A DNA stretch of 64,000 bases from Thermoplasmata archaeon (GTDB taxonomy: Archaea; Thermoplasmatota; Thermoplasmata; Lutacidiplasmatales; UBA184): positions 80,143 to 144,142 of the forward strand of contig DATJRQ010000018.1 of NCBI GenBank assembly GCA_035504595.1, given 5' to 3'. Within the stretch, counting starts at the first letter, position 1. Every line of letters begins with the position of its first letter. Below, in pieces: positions 8,629 to 17,968 of the stretch. The notes beneath the pieces are model-generated. The model did not search any database, had not been told where the DNA came from, and saw only the letters and a program-made list of their open reading frames with translations. The translations under genes and the position numbers were made by a program.

Positions 8629-9495
8629 TTACGTGAACTCCTCACGCTCGAAGAGCGCGAGGCCGCCGAGTGTCGTGCCGACGAAGTAACCGAGCATGAC
8701 GCCGATCCCCTGCGCGTAAGTGGGGTACACGACGATCCCGGCGGCGGAAAGTCCGGCCGTGCGCGGGAGGCCGGTGATCGGGTAACTGAGGGCCGACTGC
8801 GCCCAGGTGATGATGAACCACGGGGTGACCCCGACCAGCCCCTCGACGAGGGCCGAGACGATCGTGAATCCGAAGAGGAACATGATCGCGACGATGATCA
8901 CGCCGTACATGCTCGTCTTGAACAGCGAGCTGAAGAGGAACGTCGTACCGAGGACGGCGGCGAGATAGAGCATCACCAGCGCGAACGACTCGAAGACGCC
9001 GGCGCCGATCGCTCCGCCCCCGACGAAGTACGCGCCCGCCAAGAGCAGCACGACGAAATAGACGCCGATCGTGACGAGCGAGGCCCCGAACGCCGCCAGG
9101 TACTTTCCGGCGTAGACGCTCCATCGCTTGATCGGAAGGCCCATCAGGTAGTAGCCCGTCTTGTTCTGGAACTCACCGGCAATCGCGTCGCCGCCGAAGA
9201 TGATGGCGCTGAAGATGATCAGGACCCCGACGCCCCCGATCCACGCGCTCCCGAAGAACGCAGCGCCCGTGGAGATCAGGCCGGCGGGACGGTAGTGCGC
9301 GATGACCGCGATGAGGATCGCGCTGATCGCCGCCACGATCCCGATCATCAGGAGGAAGCGCCGCGAGCGCAGGTAGTCGCGGAACTGATACCGGGACATC
9401 AGGAGGGCCTGCATCCACGACGGCGGGGTCGTGCCGAGGCTCCCGTCGGTGCGACCCGGGGCGCGGGCGATGACGGGGGAGCCGGTCGCGTTCAC
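8629..9495 (-). CDS. ABC-2 type transporter permease
   Basis: Track ORF with about 6 hydrophobic helices. Its start overlaps the stop of the upstream ABC ATPase by 4 nt. Confidence 0.75.
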   Translation of the reverse strand: MNATGSPVIARAPGRTDGSLGTTPPSWMQALLMSRYQFRDYLRSRRFLLMIGIVAAISAILIAVIAHYRPAGLISTGAAFFGSAWIGGVGVLIIFSAIIFGGDAIAGEFQNKTGYYLMGLPIKRWSVYAGKYLAAFGASLVTIGVYFVVLLLAGAYFVGGGAIGAGVFESFALVMLYLAAVLGTTFLFSSLFKTSMYGVIIVAIMFLFGFTIVSALVEGLVGVTPWFIITWAQSALSYPITGLPRTAGLSAAGIVVYPTYAQGIGVMLGYFVGTTLGGLALFEREEFT

Positions 9496-10439
9496 GAGTC
9501 CCCCGAAGTGATCTCGCGCAGGTAGACATCCTCGAGCGCGCTGCGCGACTCGTGGAATCCCACGAGGCCGAGACGAAGCGCCGCCACGGACTCAAGCACG
9601 TGCGAGCGAACGTCCGGCCCGCCTTGCACCACGAGGGAGAGCCGCCGGCCGTCCAGCCGCGACCACCCCGACACGCCGGGGAGGGAGGCGAGGCGTCCCT
9701 TCACATCGTCATCGCTCACCGGCCGAACGAACTCCACATCGACGGAGGTGCCACCGGCGGTCAACCGGGCATTGACGTGGTCGAGCGTATCGTAGAAGAG
9801 GAGTTTTCCCTTGTCAATGAGGACGACCTCGTCGCACACGTCGACGACCTCGCTCAGGATGTGGCTCGAGAAGAAGACGAGCCGACCCTCCCCTTTCAGA
9901 CCCCGGATGATGCCGCGCACCTCGGCCATCCCGCGGGGGTCGAGCCCGGTGCTCGGCTCGTCCAGCATGACCACATCCGGGTCGGAGAGCAGCGTCGAGG
10001 CGATGTTGATCCGCTGCTTCATTCCCTTGGAGAATTTGCCGACCTTCTTGTCGGCCCACTCGGTCATCTTGACCTCGTTAAGGACCTCGTCCGTGCGGCT
10101 GCGAACGTCCGCGCGCTCCATTCCCCGCAGCGAGCCGATCAGTTCGAGGGCCTCGCGGGGCGTCAGAGAGCCGTAGATCTCGGGGGTCTCGATGAGCGCG
10201 CCGCAGCTCGAGAGAGCGCTCTTGCGGTCCTTCTGGACCGAGATGCCGTTGATGAACGCCTCGCCGGCCGACGGGAAGATGAGGTCGGTGAACATCTTCA
10301 ACGTCGTCGTCTTGCCGGCGCCGTTCGGGCCGAGGAATCCGACGCACTTCGTTCCCTCGACCTTGAGGTTCAGATGACTGAGCGCCGTGAACGTCCCGAA
10401 GTTCCGCGAGAGGTCGCGGGCTTCAAGACTCGGATTCAT
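9492..10439 (-). CDS. ABC transporter ATP-binding protein
   Basis: Track ORF with Walker A GPNGAGKTT, signature-like FSKGMKQR and Walker B VVMLDEPSTGLD. Confidence 0.9.
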   Translation of the reverse strand: MNPSLEARDLSRNFGTFTALSHLNLKVEGTKCVGFLGPNGAGKTTTLKMFTDLIFPSAGEAFINGISVQKDRKSALSSCGALIETPEIYGSLTPREALELIGSLRGMERADVRSRTDEVLNEVKMTEWADKKVGKFSKGMKQRINIASTLLSDPDVVMLDEPSTGLDPRGMAEVRGIIRGLKGEGRLVFFSSHILSEVVDVCDEVVLIDKGKLLFYDTLDHVNARLTAGGTSVDVEFVRPVSDDDVKGRLASLPGVSGWSRLDGRRLSLVVQGGPDVRSHVLESVAALRLGLVGFHESRSALEDVYLREITSGDS

Positions 10440-10511
10440 GGAAAGGCTCCCCGGGGTTCGTCTCCCCCCTCCCCCCGGAATTGAAAAGGGTACCGTCCGA
10501 GTGACACGGCC

Positions 10512-12632
10512 TCACACTGCCGCGATGGGGGCTGCCCCGGGAGCAGGGCCGGGGGTCGGGAGACCGAGGTCCGTCCATCGAAGGGACAGCGAGTTCAGCA
10601 CGACCGAGGTGGACGACAGCCCCATCGCGAGGGCCCCGATGACGGGAAGCACCGTGTAGAGCGAGAGGCCGAAGATCGGCACGAGCGCGCCCATGGCGAC
10701 AGGCAACAGGATCGCGTTGTACCCGATCGCCCACGAAAGATTGCTCCGCACCCGTCGGACGGTGCGACGGGCCAACCGAAGTGCGGTCGGAACCCCGCGA
10801 AGGTCGGAGCGGACGAGGAGGACCTCTCCGGCCTCGCGCGCGACATCCGTGCCGGACCCGATGGCGATCCCCAACTCCGCGGCGCGGAGGGCCGGTGCGT
10901 CGTTGATGCCGTCGCCCACGTACGCGACGTGCCGACCGCTGGCCTGGAGTCGATGGATCAGCTCGAGCTTCCCCGCCGGGGTCAGTCCGGCGTGGACCTC
11001 GGAGATCCCGAGCTCGGCCGCGACGGCACGGGCCGCTGCTTCGTGGTCCCCGGTCGCCATCACGACCGGGACCCGGTCGTCGGCGAGGGCGTGCAGGGCT
11101 TCCCGTACTCCCGATCCGATCGCATCCCGGAACCCCAGCACGCCGATGATCGCACCGTCCCGGAGGACCTCGGAGCACGACCGCCCCTGGGACTCGAGCT
11201 CGCGGACCGTCACGGCCGCGTCTTCGAACCCCGGCGCCGTGACCCCGACGGCCGCACTTCGCAGCACTTGGATCTCGTGGGCTCCGACGCGCCCGCGGAC
11301 TCCCTCGCCGGGAATCGCGCGAACGTCCGCCGCCGGCGGCACGTTCATCCGACGCTCCCGGGCCGCTCCGCTCACTGCGCGCGCCAAGGGATGCTCCGAG
11401 AGGAACTCGACCGACGCAGCGTACTCGAGCACCGCCTCGGGCGCGACACCGCCCACCGGCCGGACGTCGCTGAGCGACGGTCGACCTCCCGTCAGGGTCC
11501 CCGTCTTGTCCGTCACGACGAGGTCCACCCGCGCGGCGCGCTCGATCGCGTCCTCGCCCCGGAACAGGACGCCCGATTCGGCCGCACGACCCGTTCCCAC
11601 TACGATGGCAGCGGGCGTCGCGATGCCGAACGCGCAGGGGCACGCGGTGATGCTCACGCTCACGAACACGAGGAGGGCGACCGTGAAGCCGGCCGCCCCG
11701 AACAGGTACCAGAACATCGCCGAAAGCAGCGCCAGCGCCAGCACGAGCGGCACGAAGACCCTGGCGATCCGGTCGGCCGTTCGCTGGAGGGGAACCCGCG
11801 ACATCTCCGAGTCGGTGAGGAGCCGCCCGACCTCCGCGAGGAAGGTGTCCTCGCCGACCCTCTCGGCCTCGACCTCGACGGCCCCCTCGCCGTTGACCGA
11901 CGCGGCGATCACTCGGTCCCCCGCGCGTTTGGAGACCGGCGTCGACTCGCCCGTGAGGAGCGACTCGTCCACGCTGGTCGCGCCGGAGCGGATCACTCCA
12001 TCGACCGGGAACCGGGCCCCCGGCACCACCCGGACCCGCTCCCCGGCCCGGACCTCCCCGAGCGCGACCGTCCGCTCGCCCTCCGGCCGGACGACGATCG
12101 CGTTGGTAGGCAGCAGATCGTTCAACCGATGCAACGCGGAACTGGCCCGATCGCGAGTCAGGTGCTCGAGATAGTTCCCGGTAAGGATGAGCGCGATGAT
12201 GAGCGACGACGCGTCGAAGAAGTACGCATGGGGAAGCCGCGAGGGGAGCGCGAGGGCCGCGACGCTGTACGCGTAGGCGGTCGTCGTGGCGACGGAGATC
12301 AGGACGTCCATGTTCCATCCCCGGTCGCGGAGGGCATCGCGGGTCCCCCGGTAGAATGGGGCCCCGGCGTACACCTGAACGACGGTGGCGAGGACCGCGG
12401 CGAGGACGGGCGATCCGGCGAACGATGCGACGTAGGTCAGGTAGACCACCGCCAGCGAGAGCGGCCACGCTACCGCGAGGCGGAAGCCGAGCTGCCGCAA
12501 CGAACGGGTCGGGTCGGCGAACTGGTGAAGGCAGCCTTCGGAACAGAAGTAGTAGGTGCGGTTGTCGCGGATGAGGTGAAGCGACTCCGGTCGCTCCTCG
12601 ACCGACATCCCACAGATCGGGTCGGTCGCCAT
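10512..12632 (-). CDS. copA: copper-translocating P1B-type ATPase with N-terminal TRASH/YHS-type metal-binding domain
   Basis: Track ORF 10512..12722(-), start ATG 12632 ([13 protein letters not shown]...YYFCSEGC). CPC transmembrane motif (ACPCAF), phosphorylation site DKTGTLT and hinge VGDGINDAP are present. Confidence 0.9.
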   Translation of the reverse strand: MATDPICGMSVEERPESLHLIRDNRTYYFCSEGCLHQFADPTRSLRQLGFRLAVAWPLSLAVVYLTYVASFAGSPVLAAVLATVVQVYAGAPFYRGTRDALRDRGWNMDVLISVATTTAYAYSVAALALPSRLPHAYFFDASSLIIALILTGNYLEHLTRDRASSALHRLNDLLPTNAIVVRPEGERTVALGEVRAGERVRVVPGARFPVDGVIRSGATSVDESLLTGESTPVSKRAGDRVIAASVNGEGAVEVEAERVGEDTFLAEVGRLLTDSEMSRVPLQRTADRIARVFVPLVLALALLSAMFWYLFGAAGFTVALLVFVSVSITACPCAFGIATPAAIVVGTGRAAESGVLFRGEDAIERAARVDLVVTDKTGTLTGGRPSLSDVRPVGGVAPEAVLEYAASVEFLSEHPLARAVSGAARERRMNVPPAADVRAIPGEGVRGRVGAHEIQVLRSAAVGVTAPGFEDAAVTVRELESQGRSCSEVLRDGAIIGVLGFRDAIGSGVREALHALADDRVPVVMATGDHEAAARAVAAELGISEVHAGLTPAGKLELIHRLQASGRHVAYVGDGINDAPALRAAELGIAIGSGTDVAREAGEVLLVRSDLRGVPTALRLARRTVRRVRSNLSWAIGYNAILLPVAMGALVPIFGLSLYTVLPVIGALAMGLSSTSVVLNSLSLRWTDLGLPTPGPAPGAAPIAAV

Positions 12633-12672
12633 GGGTAGAGGGCCCCGAGACGTGGCGGGTCGCGGCGGGAGG

Positions 12673-12819
12673 CTACGCCGGCCGAACGCTGTGCGTACGG
12701 TCGTACGTCGCCTTGCACGCAACGGAGCAGAAGTAGACCGTCTCGGCTCCGTACGTGCCCCGCGTCGCCGCCTTCGAGTCTTCGATGGTCATCCCGCAGA
12801 TGGGGTCCTTGACCTTCAC
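12673..12819 (-). CDS. TRASH/YHS-domain mini-protein (putative copper chaperone, CopM-like)
   Basis: 48 codons from GTG 12819 inside track ORF 12673..13086(-): (M)[39 protein letters not shown]... It shows the same Cys pattern as the CopA N-terminus and lies 40 nt upstream of copA. Confidence 0.6.
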   Translation of the reverse strand: MKVKDPICGMTIEDSKAATRGTYGAETVYFCSVACKATYDRTHSVRPA

Positions 12820-12841
12820 GACGCGTCGCACTCCGGGCCGG

Positions 12842-12847
12842 TTTAAA
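12842..12847. promoter_or_regulatory. palindromic TTTAAA box in the TRASH/rhodanese divergent spacer
   Basis: Located 23-28 nt upstream of GTG 12819 on the minus strand, so probably the cop promoter. It is about 64 nt from the rhodanese ATG on the plus strand. Confidence 0.4.
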
Positions 12848-12910
12848 GGTTCGGCGTCCGAGGGCAGTCCCGCCCAAAGACGTAAGTTCGACGGCCCATC
12901 TGTTCGCGCA

Positions 12911-13237
12911 ATGGTCGCCGAGCTACGCCCCGAGGAGGTCGCGGAGAAGATGAAGGGCTCGCCGGGTCGCGTCGTCTTGCTCGACGTGCGCGAGCCCGAC
13001 GAGCGGGAGATCGCCGCCATCGAACCTTCGATCCATATTCCAATGCGCGAGGTGCCGAACCGCCTCGCCGAGATCCCGAAGGACAAGGAAGTGGTGGTGT
13101 ACTGTCACGGCGGAACTCGTTCGGCGATGATCGCCGGTTTCCTGGAAGCTCACGGCTACACCCATGTCGCCAACCTCGACGGCGGGATCGACGCGTGGTC
13201 GCGCCGGGTCGACCCGAACGTGCCCCGGTACAGCTGA
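12911..13237 (+). CDS. single-domain rhodanese (sulfurtransferase)
   Basis: Track ORF 12755..13237, start ATG 12911 (MVAELRPEEV...). Active-site loop CHGGTRS and the LLDVREP.E motif are present. Confidence 0.85.
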   Translation: MVAELRPEEVAEKMKGSPGRVVLLDVREPDEREIAAIEPSIHIPMREVPNRLAEIPKDKEVVVYCHGGTRSAMIAGFLEAHGYTHVANLDGGIDAWSRRVDPNVPRYS

Positions 13238-13247
13238 ACCGCGACGG

Positions 13248-13583
13248 CTAGGAGCGACGCCGGGAGACCCGGTCGTCCGGGTTCGCTTCCAGCACCTCGA
13301 TGAACCCGCGCATCTTCCAGTAGGTGGCGAGGAACTCCTGCCCGCGGGGCGTGATGTCGTAGGCCGGTCGTCCGTCGATCTCCTCCACCCGAAGCAGGCC
13401 GAGCGCGACCAGTCGTTCCACGAAATTCCGTAACCGGTCGACCGGCATGCCGGCGCCGTAGGATACACGGGTGATCCGCGCGGCTCCGTGGTACCGTTTC
13501 ACGACTTCGAGGACCGTCGCGAAGAGGTCGGTCGCCTCCCGTCGCTTGGCCCCCGCGCGGCCGTCCTCGCGTCCGTTCAGCAT
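13248..13583 (-). CDS. winged helix-turn-helix DNA-binding protein
   Basis: Track ORF with wHTH-like ITRVSYGAGMPVDRLRNFVERLVALGLLRVEEIDGRPAYDITPRG. It lies 15 nt downstream of the beta-helix repeat gene on the same strand. Confidence 0.7.
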   Translation of the reverse strand: MLNGREDGRAGAKRREATDLFATVLEVVKRYHGAARITRVSYGAGMPVDRLRNFVERLVALGLLRVEEIDGRPAYDITPRGQEFLATYWKMRGFIEVLEANPDDRVSRRRS

Positions 13584-13598
13584 CGACCGACTTCCGGC

Positions 13599-14816
13599 CT
13601 AGAGGGGGAAGTCCGGAAGCGCGGCGACCTTTTGGGGGGGACGACCGACCGTCGCCCCGCGAGCGAGATCGAGGGTGCCCGTGTAGGTGACCTCGTCGGC
13701 GTGCGCATCCTCGCGCAACCGGACGTTCACGGCGAAAATGCGGCGCGCCTCCACCTTCTCCTCGAGCTCGACCTGCTCGCCGTAGACGTCCTCGACGCGG
13801 GCCCCCCGGTGCAGCTCGACCGTTCCCCCGACAAGGGGTCCGTACGCTCGGGACTTTCGCTCGAGGCGGATCCGTTCGGCCTTCAGCCCCTCGCGCGTGT
13901 TGACCTGACCGCGGACCTCCGCGGTGGACGTGATCACCGCACGACGGGCCTCGAGCTTTCCGCCGATCTCGAGCGCTTCCGCCTGGAGTGCCTCGCCGAC
14001 CGTCACCGCGCCGCCGACCTCGAGCCGCCCGGTGAGGAGAAGTGAACCGTGGACCTCGAACTTGCCACCGACTTCCACGCTGCGGCCGGACCCGTTGCCG
14101 GAGATCCGGCCGAGACCCCCGATCTCGAGGTCGTCGAACACGAGGTCGCGGTTCGCCGACAGGATCCCCCCGACGTCGACCGACCCGCCGCGACCGTTCT
14201 CCCGGAACTCAGCGAGCCCCCCGACCTCGAGCGAACCGAACCGGAGTTCCCGCTCGGTCAGGAAGCGACCCCCCACTTCGATCGAGCGCCGGACCTCGCC
14301 GCCGCCCATTCGGATCGCGCCGCCGACGGACAGGGTATCGATCTTGACCTCCGCGAGGTCGGCCGAGCCACCGGCCTCGACGGCCTCCGCGGTGAGTTGC
14401 CCGGCGAGCCGGAACTTTCCTCCGACCGACACCGACCGGGCCACGAGGGTCTGGAGACCCTCGAGCACGCCGCCGACCTCGAACTTCTCCGCGTCCGCGG
14501 GCCCCTTCACGCGAAGGGACCGGTCGACGTCGACGCGCCGGGCCTTCAGGGCTCCGTCCACCTCGAGAGCGCAGTCCCGCGCCTCGAGGTCCTCGTGGAC
14601 GACCAGGTCGCCGCCGATCTCGACCCGTCCGTCGTCCGCCCGGAAGCGTTGGCACTCTAGTCCGCCGGTCACCACCGCCGAGCCGTCGAACCGGGCTTCG
14701 CCCGTCACCGTGACCTTGGGGTCCCCCTGGATCCGCACGTCCTCATCGGCCCGCAGGTCCCCCTCGACCATCCCCAGCCGGATCTGGCTCCGGCGCGGGA
14801 TGCGCGTCTCTGCCAT
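13599..14816 (-). CDS. bactofilin-like (polymer-forming cytoskeletal family) beta-helix repeat protein, 405 aa
   Basis: Track ORF with at least 13 [E/D/S][V/I/A]GG motifs by hand count and a 17-residue period over residues ~113-300. No signal peptide or TM segment. Confidence 0.7.
   Translation of the reverse strand: MAETRIPRRSQIRLGMVEGDLRADEDVRIQGDPKVTVTGEARFDGSAVVTGGLECQRFRADDGRVEIGGDLVVHEDLEARDCALEVDGALKARRVDVDRSLRVKGPADAEKFEVGGVLEGLQTLVARSVSVGGKFRLAGQLTAEAVEAGGSADLAEVKIDTLSVGGAIRMGGGEVRRSIEVGGRFLTERELRFGSLEVGGLAEFRENGRGGSVDVGGILSANRDLVFDDLEIGGLGRISGNGSGRSVEVGGKFEVHGSLLLTGRLEVGGAVTVGEALQAEALEIGGKLEARRAVITSTAEVRGQVNTREGLKAERIRLERKSRAYGPLVGGTVELHRGARVEDVYGEQVELEEKVEARRIFAVNVRLREDAHADEVTYTGTLDLARGATVGRPPQKVAALPDFPL
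13917..14480 (-). repeat. 11 consecutive ~51-nt (17-aa) degenerate coding repeats
   Basis: xVGG motif positions at residues 113, 130, 147, 163, 180, 197, 214, 231, 248, 266 and 283 give spacings of 17,17,16,17,17,17,17,17,18,17. Confidence 0.7.
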
Positions 14817-14896
14817 GATGACCCCACCGTCGCCGAGGTCTATACGGCTAGGTCACCCCGGGTGAGCACGCGCAGAGAGTCCCCGAGCGCAACGGG

Positions 14897-15634
14897 ATGT
14901 ACCCCCGTATCGATGGGCTCGGCGTGACCGACTCGCTTCAGCAGGTGCGTTCGGAGGTCCTCGTGTGTCGGCGGTGCCCGCGGCTCGTCCGGTACCGGGA
15001 GCGGGTCGCGGTCGAGAAGAAGCGGGAGTTCCGCCACGAAGCGTACTGGGGAAAACCGGTCCCCGGCTTCGGCGACCCGAACGCGCGACTCGTCGTGGTG
15101 GGGCTCGCACCGGGGGCGCACGGTTCCAACCGCACCGGCCGGATGTTCACGGGCGACCGCTCCGCGGCGTTCCTCGTCCGTGCCTTCCATGCGACGGGGT
15201 TCGCGAACCAGCCCACTTCGGTTCGTCGCGGGGACGGGCTCGAGTACCGGGACCTCTATCTGACGGCCGGGGTCCGATGCGTGCCCCCCGACAATCGGCC
15301 GACGCCCGCGGAACGGACGAATTGCGCTCCCTTTCTGGAACGGGAGCTCCGGCTGCTCCCGGAGGCTCGCGCGATCCTCGCCCTGGGAGGTTTCGCGTGG
15401 GACGCGACGCGGGAGGTGCTCCCCTCGGTGTACGGCGGCGCGCGTCCGACGGTCCCGTTCTCCCACGGCGCCTGCGCCGTGGTCGCACCGAACGCGCCGC
15501 TGCTGTGGGGCTCGTACCATCCGAGTCCGCAGAACACGAACACGGGCAAGCTGACGTTCCCGATGCTCGTCGAGCTCCTCGTTCGGATCCGCGCCTCGTT
15601 CGACGCCCCGTCGGCCGTCCGCCGGCACGCTTAA
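14897..15634 (+). CDS. udg: uracil-DNA glycosylase, family 4/5 (family 5-like motif A)
   Basis: Track ORF with motif A GLAPGAHGSNRTGRMFTGD (GLAPG rather than family-4 GEAPG) and motif B SYHPSPQN. An N-terminal Cys pair (CRRC) is present. Confidence 0.85.
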   Translation: MYPRIDGLGVTDSLQQVRSEVLVCRRCPRLVRYRERVAVEKKREFRHEAYWGKPVPGFGDPNARLVVVGLAPGAHGSNRTGRMFTGDRSAAFLVRAFHATGFANQPTSVRRGDGLEYRDLYLTAGVRCVPPDNRPTPAERTNCAPFLERELRLLPEARAILALGGFAWDATREVLPSVYGGARPTVPFSHGACAVVAPNAPLLWGSYHPSPQNTNTGKLTFPMLVELLVRIRASFDAPSAVRRHA

Positions 15635-15646
15635 CGTCCCGACATC

Positions 15647-17632
15647 GTGGCGGGCCCGATGGTCGATCTCGAGGTGCTCGACCGGGATGGACTCGCGCGC
15701 CGGGCCCGGTTCTCGACGCCGCACGGTTCGATCGAAACTCCCGCCCTTCTGCCGGTCGTGCACCCGGACCCGACCCGGCAACCGGTGTCTCCGACCGAGA
15801 TGCGCCGGCGCCTCGGCGTTCGGGCGGTGATCACCTCCTCGTACATCACGTGGAGAACCCCACCCCTCCGCTCCGTCGCCGTCGAGCGGGGGATCCACGG
15901 TCTTCTCGACTTCGACGGCCCGGTCATGACCGATTCCGGGGCGTTCCAGCAGCACGCGTACGGATCGGTCGAGGTCGGCCCCGAGGAGATCCTCGACTTC
16001 CAGGGGACCATCGGCAGCGACATCGCCACGGCCCTCGACCTGTTCACCGAGCCCGAGGCGGACTTCGCGACCGCCGAAGCGGCGCTTGCGACCACCCTGG
16101 AGCGGGCCCGGGCGGCCCGGACCCGTCGGGCCGGCCTCCTGGCCGTACCCGTTCAGGGCGGGACCCACCCGGCCCTGCGGGCCCGCGCGGCCGACGAAGC
16201 GAGCACGCTCGCCGACGTCCTCGCGGTCGGCGGGGTCGTTCCGCTCCTCGAACAGTATCGATTCGTCGAGCTCGCCGACGCCCTTGCGGCCGCGCGGCCC
16301 CATCTCTCGCCGGCAGCGGCGGTGCATCTGTTCGGCACCGGCCATCCGATGACGTTCGCGTTCGCCGCCCTGTGGGGCGTCGACCTGTTCGACTCGTCCG
16401 CGTATCACAAGTTCGCCCGGCGGGGGAGTCTGCTCTTCCCCGAGGGTACGGTCGATATCGACGCGCTCCGCGAGGAGGTATGCCGATGCTTCCTGTGCGC
16501 GGAGCTACCTCTCACCGAGGTCGCCCGCCGCCCGCCAGCCGAGCGGGAGCAGCGGATCGCGTTCCACAACCTCGCGATGTCGGTCGAGGAGATCGGACGG
16601 GTCCGCCAGGCGATCCGCGACGGGACGCTCTGGGAGCTGGCCGAACGCCGAGCCGTGGTCCACCCCGCCCTGCGAGCGGGGTTGGCCCGAGCCCGCCATC
16701 ACGCCGAGGCGTTCCTGCCGACCGAGCCGGCGAGCCGCCGGGCGTTCCGGGAGATCACCGGGGAAAGTCGGGACCGTCCCGCGCTCGTTCGATTTCGCCG
16801 ACGCGTCGAAGAGTACGCGCGCGAATTCGCGCTACCGCAGCGGATCCGTCGGGTCCCGCTGCGCCCCGAATATCTGGGTCGAATTCCCACCACCGATCGC
16901 AGGGGGACGGAGATCGCGTGGCGGTGCGACACCCCGCTCGGGTTCGTGCCGCTGGAGCTGACCGAACTGTATCCCGTGGGCCCGTACCTCGGTGTCGCCG
17001 AATTCGAGGAGCGAGCGGTGCATCGGCCCCCGACCGCGGTCACCGAAGAGCTCGCCGCGACCCGCGCGTTGGACGCCGACCTCGAACGGGACTGGACCGA
17101 GGCGTGGACCCGCCGCCAGGTCGAGAGTCTTCTCCGATGGGAGTACGGACCGGTGGTAGGTCCGATGCTCGCCGCTTCCGGGGTAGGTCAGCGTTCGCGC
17201 CGAAGCGGTCGTCTCCGCACGATCCTCGTCGGGGAGCGTCCCGCTTTCGTCGTCGGGGTAGACGGGATCCCCCGACCGACGTTCTTCGGGGCCGCGCAGC
17301 TGCTGCCGTTGCTCTCGGACGCCCGCGGACGGGTGGTCGTGGCGGACGATGCCGTGCCGTTCGTGCAACAGGGCCGAAGTCTGTTCGCCCGGTTCGTCGT
17401 GAGCGCCGACCCGTCGCTGGTGCCGGACTCGAGCGCGATCCTCGTCGACGGGAGCGACGCGCTTCTCGCCGTCGGTCGGCTGGTGCTCGCTCCCCACGAG
17501 ATGCCCCAGCTGCGTCGGGGGGTCGCGGTTCGGGTGACCGCGCACGCCCGCTCTCCGCTGCCGGACGAGGACGACGGGAGTTCGGGGGACGAAGGGGACG
17601 AACGCGCTCCTCGCCCCGCCGGTGACCGTTAA
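15647..17632 (+). CDS. tgtA: archaeosine tRNA-guanine transglycosylase (ArcTGT) with C-terminal PUA-type extension
   Basis: Track ORF with N-terminus LDRDGLARRARFSTPHGSIETPALLPV, TDSGAFQ and a CxCxxC zinc site (CRCFLC). The 661-aa length is typical of ArcTGT. Alternative start ATG 15659. Confidence 0.9.
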   Translation: MAGPMVDLEVLDRDGLARRARFSTPHGSIETPALLPVVHPDPTRQPVSPTEMRRRLGVRAVITSSYITWRTPPLRSVAVERGIHGLLDFDGPVMTDSGAFQQHAYGSVEVGPEEILDFQGTIGSDIATALDLFTEPEADFATAEAALATTLERARAARTRRAGLLAVPVQGGTHPALRARAADEASTLADVLAVGGVVPLLEQYRFVELADALAAARPHLSPAAAVHLFGTGHPMTFAFAALWGVDLFDSSAYHKFARRGSLLFPEGTVDIDALREEVCRCFLCAELPLTEVARRPPAEREQRIAFHNLAMSVEEIGRVRQAIRDGTLWELAERRAVVHPALRAGLARARHHAEAFLPTEPASRRAFREITGESRDRPALVRFRRRVEEYAREFALPQRIRRVPLRPEYLGRIPTTDRRGTEIAWRCDTPLGFVPLELTELYPVGPYLGVAEFEERAVHRPPTAVTEELAATRALDADLERDWTEAWTRRQVESLLRWEYGPVVGPMLAASGVGQRSRRSGRLRTILVGERPAFVVGVDGIPRPTFFGAAQLLPLLSDARGRVVVADDAVPFVQQGRSLFARFVVSADPSLVPDSSAILVDGSDALLAVGRLVLAPHEMPQLRRGVAVRVTAHARSPLPDEDDGSSGDEGDERAPRPAGDR

Positions 17633-17679
17633 GAGGCATGCGCGGGTGGCTCGGCCCACTTCGGACCCGGGATGACCCT

Positions 17680-17910
17680 ATGACGCGCACGTACCTTCTG
17701 CTCCAGCTCGACAGCGAAGGCGCCCCCTATTCGGAGGTGGCCGAGCTGCTCGAGGACCTGGGGTTCCGCCCCGAGACCGAAGGGTACGATTTCCTCTACG
17801 AATGGGGTCGCCCGGCGACCGTGCGGGAGACGCTCGAGTTCGCCGACCGGATCCAGGAAGCGCTCCGCGGAAAGCGCGTCGGCTTCCGCATCGAGTCGAC
17901 GGAGGAGTGA
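17680..17910 (+). CDS. small acidic hypothetical protein (76 aa)
   Basis: Internal ATG of track ORF 17638..17910, with high third-position GC and protein-like composition. No motif recognised. Confidence 0.55.
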   Translation: MTRTYLLLQLDSEGAPYSEVAELLEDLGFRPETEGYDFLYEWGRPATVRETLEFADRIQEALRGKRVGFRIESTEE

Positions 17911-17968
17911 GCGCCCGTCGTCCGGCCGGGCGACGGACCGGCGGCGACCCGGGTCCCGCAAGGCAACC

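Noticed and set aside
14965-17625. 886-aa plus-strand ORF
   Set aside because: It overlaps udg and tgtA out of frame and is an Arg/Pro/Gly-rich artefact.
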